Assembly (NCBI GenBank): GCA_963732365.1
Contig: CAVSZC010000005.1
Location: 1,834,777 to 1,898,776, forward strand
From: an uncultured Bacteroidales bacterium
GTDB taxonomy: Bacteria > Bacteroidota > Bacteroidia > Bacteroidales > VadinHA17
Reading direction: 5' to 3'
Length of the DNA stretch: 64,000 nt
Part shown: positions 58,611 to 64,000 of the stretch, one piece after another
Numbering within the stretch: position 1 is the stretch's first letter
Layout of the letters: each line of letters opens with the position of its first letter
Notes under the pieces: generated by a model
Told to the model about the DNA's origin: nothing
What the model saw: only the letters and a program-made list of their open reading frames with translations
The model's database searches: none
Made by a program: the position numbers and the translations under genes

Positions 58611-60515
58611 TTAGAATGCTACTTGTCTTAATACTGTCTTTCCAATTGGTATAAGTTCCACTTTTTCTAATTTGCCTGTATTTTGATTGATTAATTTTGT
58701 CTGTATTTTTCCTTTTTCGTATTTTGTTTTTACGCCTTCTTTGAATGAATATCTTTCAGGCGAAGTTGGTTCATAAGTGAAGTCAATGAAATTCTCCATA
58801 TATGTTTTCCCAGTAATTTCTTTCGCATTGATTGGCGAAGCATAAAGCAACGCACCATAAGTAAAATAATGAGAACCCGTATTATCTGTGTTTATTTGAA
58901 TATCTGTTTCAAATGAAATTTTCACATAGTCATTTGGAGAAAAATCTCTTTCAATAACTATGAAGTCATTCTCAATTCTAAATTTTTCATTCGTTTTTAT
59001 ATTTTTTGTCCAGTTGGGGTTCCTTATTTTTAGTGTGAAATATGACGGATTTGCCTGGACTATTTTAAATTTAAAATCGTTTTCGGCAGGATATTGCGTT
59101 ATATTTTCAATTTGTATTTTGTTTCCATTGAGTGTGGTTTCCAAAATATTCGGCATTAATAGTGTAGCAACCAAAGTTGTTTCGTTTTCTTTCATCCAGG
59201 AATTTTGAACAAAATAAGGAGAAATTCTACCAGCGTTAGGATTACAACACACAGCTACATCTTGATGAGCAGGCGAATATTTATAGCGAGTTTGCTTTCT
59301 GTCGGGTTCAATTTCACCATTTTTAGTGCCTAACATTTCAAAGGAATTGTCGGTTTTTAAGTAAGCAATACAAGAGTGTTGAGGATTTCTTGAACCTTGT
59401 GCTGCATTATAAAAAATATTCTCCACAACATCGCCCTCATCAGCGTTTCCGGTTTTTTGAAATAACAGGCAATAACTATCCAACAATTCTTGTAGTGAAC
59501 AATACTCGTAACCGGTATGTGTAGCATCTGCGTTGCGTTCGGCAATCCATTCGTCACCAATTGCACCACCACTAATGGTGGTTACGTTTTTAATTCGTTC
59601 TAAATATATTTTTAATGCTTTGTTTATTTCCTCAATATTGCCGGCATATTTGGCTATAATTAATGCTCTTATGTGTTCAAACGTATGTACACCGTGTGAT
59701 TTTAATTTATAGGTCGGATTCAGAATGTTTTTCAGTTGTGCATCGGCTTCTGATTGATAGGTGTTTGAAAAATCCTGATAGAGAAACAAAGAATATTGTC
59801 TGTACTTTTCATCTTTTGTTTGAAAATACATTCTTTCCAAAACATCAGTAAACGTTAAGCCGTGTGAAACACCACCATTAAAAGATGTTCCGGAACTAAA
59901 CGGGCTTGAAGCATTGATGGGATAATTCTCCATTACGTTTTCTACGGCGCTTTCAACTGCTTTTAAAACTTTTTCGTCTTTTGTATATTCGTAATAGGCC
60001 AGCAAACCGCGGTATAAAGTTGCTTTTGACCACAGTTCGCCATTTTCTGAATTGAACTTGTATCGTAGCTCTTTATCATAAATACCTATATACCCATCTT
60101 CATCCTGTGTGGTTAAAATGCGTTCAATATAGTTCTTTACCTTGTCAGTATCCTTTTTATCGTCTAATAATAAAACATTTCGTAGATAACCATCCCACCA
60201 GTTTGATTGCGTTTCGCTGTTCCACCATTTGTACTGGTCGTCACCGGCCGCATCACCTTCTTTTAGATTTCCCAAGTCTTTAGCTTTGCTATTTTCCCCC
60301 AATCTTCCTGAGGCATAAATAGGATCGTTAATAAGTTCAGGCACAATCCTGTCGAGGTTTCCAACAAAACCAGCCACATCTTTTTGCATTTGTTCTTTGA
60401 GCCACCCTGTTGGTTTAACACTCCCGAAAGGCAAAGTATTGAATATTTCGGATGATTCCTGAGCATTCAGATGTATGGAACATAATAATAAAATTGTTAC
60501 TATTAGGACTCTCAT
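58611..60515 (-). CDS. GH127-like (beta-L-arabinofuranosidase / DUF1680 family) glycoside hydrolase
   Basis: Signal peptide. GYEYCS (Glu-x-Cys) and VAVCCNPN (Cys-Cys) match the Zn/cysteine catalytic-site pattern of GH127. Confidence 0.65.
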   Translation of the reverse strand: MRVLIVTILLLCSIHLNAQESSEIFNTLPFGSVKPTGWLKEQMQKDVAGFVGNLDRIVPELINDPIYASGRLGENSKAKDLGNLKEGDAAGDDQYKWWNSETQSNWWDGYLRNVLLLDDKKDTDKVKNYIERILTTQDEDGYIGIYDKELRYKFNSENGELWSKATLYRGLLAYYEYTKDEKVLKAVESAVENVMENYPINASSPFSSGTSFNGGVSHGLTFTDVLERMYFQTKDEKYRQYSLFLYQDFSNTYQSEADAQLKNILNPTYKLKSHGVHTFEHIRALIIAKYAGNIEEINKALKIYLERIKNVTTISGGAIGDEWIAERNADATHTGYEYCSLQELLDSYCLLFQKTGNADEGDVVENIFYNAAQGSRNPQHSCIAYLKTDNSFEMLGTKNGEIEPDRKQTRYKYSPAHQDVAVCCNPNAGRISPYFVQNSWMKENETTLVATLLMPNILETTLNGNKIQIENITQYPAENDFKFKIVQANPSYFTLKIRNPNWTKNIKTNEKFRIENDFIVIERDFSPNDYVKISFETDIQINTDNTGSHYFTYGALLYASPINAKEITGKTYMENFIDFTYEPTSPERYSFKEGVKTKYEKGKIQTKLINQNTGKLEKVELIPIGKTVLRQVAF

Positions 60516-62668
60516 TTTGTTGTCATTTTAAATATTAAATTGCCTCCATTCATTATATCCTCATAAGTAATAAATTGTTTATCGTATTTATTCCCATTTA
60601 AAAACCGGGTTTCATTATAAATAGCATCCTCAGAAAAGTTTGTAGCTTTAATGTTAAACTTTTTCTTGCCAGAAATACAAATACTTGCTTTTTCCACTTG
60701 TGGGCTCCCCAAAACAAACTCGCCATTTGCAGGATTAATGGGATAAAAACCTATCGTTGAAAGTATATACCAGGCACTCATTTGTCCGCAATCATCGTTA
60801 CCAATCATTCCGTCAGGTGTGTTGTTATGAAATTCATTGATCACCTGATGAATATATTTTTGTCCTGTTTTAGGTTCGGTACTGTAAGCATACAAATAAA
60901 TGATGTGATGGCTGGGCTCGTTGCCGTGTGCATATTGCCCGATCATTGCTTCTTGTCCTAAAAATTTATTTGGATTTTCGGCTTCAGTGCTAAAAAACTC
61001 ATTCAATTTTTTGCTGAAATTTTCTTTTCCGCCCAATAATTTCATAACGCCATTCAGGTCATATTGCGTTGATGTCCAAAAATATTGCCAGGCGTTTGCC
61101 TCTGTATAATCGCCGGGGTTATTCATTGGCGAAGTGGCCATTAGAGGATTAAAGGGTTTTCGCCAATTTCCTTTGGTGTCTTTTCCTCTGAAAAAGGTAG
61201 TTTCTTTGTCGTAAATGTTTTGGTAATAATTGGCTCTTTTCGAGAAAGTGTCAGCTATTTCATTTTTGCCTAATTTCTTTGCCATTTCGGCTACACACCA
61301 ATCATCGTAACCACTTTCCAACGTTCTGGAAACTGCTTCATTGTCTAATTTGTCAAAAGGGTAATAGCCATATTGATTGTACAATTCCCAATCGGAATTG
61401 ATGTGTGATTTGGTAGATGTTTCTACCATTGCTTTTAAAGCTTCGTTGGCATCAAATCCTTTAAAACCATTTTGGTAAGCAGAAAGAATCATCGGAATGG
61501 CGTGATTGCCAATCATACAATAATTGTCTTGTCCCCAAGCTGTCCAAATAGGCAGAAATCCTTTGGCTTTGTGATGAATGAGCATCGTTTGAACAATACC
61601 ATCAATTTTCTCGGGTGCTATAATTTGCAACAAAGGGAACACCCCACGGTATACATCCCAAATAGAAAGGGTAGAGTAATATTCTTTATTTGGTGCAGTC
61701 ACAATTTTATCGTCAACGCCTCTGTATTTTCCGTCAATATCGGCAATGTTGGAAGGTTGTAAAAACAAGTGATAGAGCGAAGTATAAAATATTTCTTTCT
61801 GATTTTGTGGAGCTTCAATAGTTATTCTACTTAAATAGTCTTCCCAGGTGTTAAGATTTTTTTGATATACTTTTTGAAAATCCCAATGCGGAATTTCGGT
61901 TTTCATATTGAGTTTTGCGCCTTCTACAGAAACAGAAGACAATGCAATTTTTACTTTTAATTGTCTATTCTTTGAGAGCAAAAAATCAAGTAAATATTTT
62001 GGGGCCTTTTCGTTTTCATTTTTGTCGAGAAGGGTTGATTTTACAAAAGGTTGGTCAAAAGTTAGTGTATAGAAGTATTTTCTATTCACCCAATTTTGGG
62101 TAGAGCAATAGCCAGAGATAGTAGTGTTGTTTTCAATTTTTACATCACTTTCAATTACTAATCCTTTTTGATTATTTTCGCTAAATGCAAACCGCAAGCC
62201 GTGTTGCAAATCCACTAAAACCTGCGCCTCTTTTTCCGGGAAAGTATATAGATGAAAAGCCACTCTTTCGGAGCAGGTTAGTTCTACTCTTACATCGTCT
62301 CTTTTGGTCAAAGCATAATAACCTACCTTACCAATTTCGGTTTCTTTGTAGTAAGATTTTTTTAGTTTTTCTTTTTTGGGATTGATTGGAAGTAACAATA
62401 CATCTCCCATTTCGTTAATGCCTGTTCCACTAAAGCGAGTTTGCGAAAAGCCTAACAACAGAGTGTCTTTGTACTGATAGCCACTAGTATGATTCCACCC
62501 AAAGTCGCGATTGTCGGGTCCGGGCTGTACCATTCCAAATGGCATGGAAGGTCCTGGAAAAGTATGTCCTGTTCCGTCAGTTCCGATAAAAACATTTACG
62601 AGTTTTGTGTTTTGTGCGAAACTTGTCGAACAACAAAATAGAAATATGATGAGTAATTTATTTGTCAT
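60512..62668 (-). CDS. GH92-family alpha-mannosidase
   Basis: Signal peptide, then VNVFIGTDGTGHTFPGPSMPFGMVQPGPDN, the GH92 N-terminal signature. 718 aa. 4-nt overlap with the next gene. Confidence 0.85.
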   Translation of the reverse strand: MTNKLLIIFLFCCSTSFAQNTKLVNVFIGTDGTGHTFPGPSMPFGMVQPGPDNRDFGWNHTSGYQYKDTLLLGFSQTRFSGTGINEMGDVLLLPINPKKEKLKKSYYKETEIGKVGYYALTKRDDVRVELTCSERVAFHLYTFPEKEAQVLVDLQHGLRFAFSENNQKGLVIESDVKIENNTTISGYCSTQNWVNRKYFYTLTFDQPFVKSTLLDKNENEKAPKYLLDFLLSKNRQLKVKIALSSVSVEGAKLNMKTEIPHWDFQKVYQKNLNTWEDYLSRITIEAPQNQKEIFYTSLYHLFLQPSNIADIDGKYRGVDDKIVTAPNKEYYSTLSIWDVYRGVFPLLQIIAPEKIDGIVQTMLIHHKAKGFLPIWTAWGQDNYCMIGNHAIPMILSAYQNGFKGFDANEALKAMVETSTKSHINSDWELYNQYGYYPFDKLDNEAVSRTLESGYDDWCVAEMAKKLGKNEIADTFSKRANYYQNIYDKETTFFRGKDTKGNWRKPFNPLMATSPMNNPGDYTEANAWQYFWTSTQYDLNGVMKLLGGKENFSKKLNEFFSTEAENPNKFLGQEAMIGQYAHGNEPSHHIIYLYAYSTEPKTGQKYIHQVINEFHNNTPDGMIGNDDCGQMSAWYILSTIGFYPINPANGEFVLGSPQVEKASICISGKKKFNIKATNFSEDAIYNETRFLNGNKYDKQFITYEDIMNGGNLIFKMTTK

Positions 62669-62700
62669 CTTTTTGAGTATGGTTATTTCTTAAGGTTTCT

Positions 62701-62906
62701 GCTAACGTTCGGCGGAACCGAGGATCCTGCCAAAAAACTACACTTTAGCCTGGAACTATGTCAGGGACGAGCTCATGAGCCACGAACCGTTGTGAGTGGC
62801 GAATAATGTGGCGTTGCCTCAGAGTCGCGGTGGCGCGCCGTGCCCCGCACCGATCCGTCAGCTGACGGATGTCAGGAGAGGCAATGACATATACCAACCT
62901 GTTAGC
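62701..62906 (-). other. long (206 bp) attC-like spacer E3
   Basis: Bounded by plus-strand GCTAAC (62701) and GTTAGC (62901). The outer arms can pair: GCTAAC + GTT + GG with bulges, then TGCC/GGCA. The right arm GCAATGACATATACCAACCTGTTAGC is shared with E1 and E2. Confidence 0.4.
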
Positions 62907-62916
62907 CGTAGGCTGT

Positions 62917-63294
62917 TTATTCTTTTGCGAATTCAATTAATTCAATTGGTGCTCCATTGTGTTCAATCATGGCAACCCTCACTCCATTACTTGGACTATT
63001 TGTTTGAGTTAAGATATTAAATTGGTGTATTTTGAGTTCCAAATCAAGATTCTCCACTTCAAAAGCAACATGAGGCACTTTTTGAATTAACGAGTTAATT
63101 GGCGAGTTTTTTTCAAATCGCATCCATTCTATACCGAATGGTGATGATGGAAAGCCAGAAGAATAAAATTTAAACTGGGGAAGATAATCCTCATTAGGCA
63201 TTTTTTCAGTAGTAGGAATTCCAATATGGTGGAATTTCCATCCCCATTTGACAATTGCTTCAGGAGGTTCAAAATCTTGCCTAATTTTTTTCAT
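62917..63294 (-). CDS. cassette ORF: VOC (glyoxalase/bleomycin-resistance/dioxygenase) family protein
   Basis: The roughly 125-aa protein (FHHIGIPT..., HVAFEV...) has a VOC-like pattern. The ATG at 63294 is preferred, because the track start at 63330 runs into the sequence conserved between E1 and E2. Confidence 0.6.
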   Translation of the reverse strand: MKKIRQDFEPPEAIVKWGWKFHHIGIPTTEKMPNEDYLPQFKFYSSGFPSSPFGIEWMRFEKNSPINSLIQKVPHVAFEVENLDLELKIHQFNILTQTNSPSNGVRVAMIEHNGAPIELIEFAKE

Positions 63295-63332
63295 GATTAT
63301 AGATATATATGGTTGTGAAATCCGAAGCATGC

Positions 63333-63787
63333 GGATAATTGCCCGGCAATAAAATTAGCAGGTGTTACCTGACCCCGCACCGGATTGAATCCCGGTACCC
63401 GCCAGCAGCAGGCGGGCCAGGAAACTGTCACGTCGAAGACCCTGACTGAGCGAAGCGAACGTCATGGGGTGCAAGGAGGGTACGGCGGGTTTTTTGCCAT
63501 TCAGTTACAAAGTTAGTTAAGCATTACGCGTGTCGCGGTACAACTTTGATCGGAGCCGCGAATTTATCCCCGGTTATATAGCTTATGGAGGGCACTGGAA
63601 CGATCGCGGTATAAGGTATTACAAATTTGTCTTGGGTGCAGGAACAAAAGCAAAAACCGTGACACCAGGAGGCCGCCCCTGACGGTATCGTCAGGGGCAG
63701 GCCGCACCGCTGACCACTTAACGGTCCTCTTTAGCTAGAAAGTTCTCGCGGTGCGGAAAAGCCAATGACATATACCGACCTGTTAGC
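63333..63787. other. GC-rich non-coding element E2 (455 nt), paralogue of 57632-58056
   Basis: Same modular layout as E1, with core 63590-63677. Contains local hairpins CCGG-ATTGAATC-CCGG, CCCGCC-AGCAGCA-GGCGGG and CCCCTGACGGTATCGTCAGGGG. No ORF of 60 aa or more on either strand. Confidence 0.6.
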
Positions 63788-64000
63788 TGCTGGTGGTGTT
63801 TTCAAATGTGACAAGAAACGTTTCCGGTGTCATGACAGGTAGAGAACTATCCTTGTAGTCTTTAATATTTCTTGTGATTATACAATCTACCTTTTTTTGT
63901 TCTTGTGCTGCAAAATATTGAATGGAATCCTCAAAGTCTTTAAAATCCGAGGTAAGCGCCGACTTGACAATATCACTATCAACTTTCAGAATACCTACCA
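63783..64000 (-). CDS. cassette ORF: C-terminal part of a PIN-domain (VapC-like) toxin; the gene runs off the right edge
   Basis: My own translation of the minus strand gives ...FEDSIQYFAAQEQKKVDCIITRNIKDYKDSSLPVMTPETFL...*. The stop TAA (63783-63785) lies inside the GCTAAC arm. Confidence 0.6.
   Translation of the reverse strand, partial: VGILKVDSDIVKSALTSDFKDFEDSIQYFAAQEQKKVDCIITRNIKDYKDSSLPVMTPETFLVTFENTTSS

Larger units (their letters stand above)
57632..64000 (-). mobile_element. integron-like gene-cassette array (no integrase in window); continues past the right edge
   Basis: Co-oriented, tightly packed, very AT-rich ORFs. Each is followed within 0-16 nt by GCTAAC (minus-strand reading), and two spacers close with GTTAGC 20-32 nt before the next start. 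The cargo includes a PIN toxin and a VOC protein. Confidence 0.55.

Noticed and set aside
62745-63020. Track ORFs 62745-62936 (-) and 62796-63020 (+) spanning E3 and the end of the VOC gene
   Set aside because: They lie in the GC-rich spacer or antisense to the VOC gene, give Arg-rich nonsense-like translations, and cross the cassette boundary.

Overview
64-kb window, almost entirely coding and mostly on the minus strand. By gene content it looks like a Bacteroidota-type genome: GH92, Plug-domain outer-membrane protein, LolA-like/FtsX exporters, many lipoproteins, a TAnnTTTG-type promoter box. That assignment is inference. I saw no rRNA, tRNA or CRISPR. Spot GC counts on single 60-nt lines suggest three compositional zones. 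(1) 1-46.9 kb, GC-richer: a long respiratory operon (copper chaperone, NrfC-like FeS protein, NrfD-like quinol-interacting membrane protein, membrane-anchored cytochrome c, DoxX, SCO, cytochrome c oxidase I/III/IV/II-cyt c, heme o synthase). It also holds an opine-dehydrogenase-like gene paired with a B12-binding-domain protein, a steroid-5-alpha-reductase-like/SDR pair, and a cutinase/PETase-like hydrolase. Further along are a LolA-like/FtsX/ABC exporter joined to PlsY-like, PEP-utilising and SDR genes, and a run of hydrolase genes, three of which are split by +1 frame shifts. (2) 47-57.6 kb, AT-richer: small stress and housekeeping genes (MarR-type regulator, glutathione peroxidase, CDF-like transporter, MBL hydrolase, beta-carbonic anhydrase, methyltransferases, M28 peptidase, rsgA). 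(3) 57.6-64 kb, very AT-rich ORFs separated by GC-rich spacers. I read this as an integron-like gene-cassette array with no integrase in the window. Each minus-strand ORF (PIN toxin fragment, VOC protein, a GH92+GH127-like pair, a 125-aa protein) is followed by a conserved GCTAAC... arm, and two spacers close with the inverse GTTAGC site. Two spacers are instead occupied by paralogous 425-455-nt GC-rich non-coding elements that share an 88-nt core (86/88 identical) and show one compensatory stem change. I could not assign these elements to any known RNA or mobile-element family, and they are the most interesting thing here.
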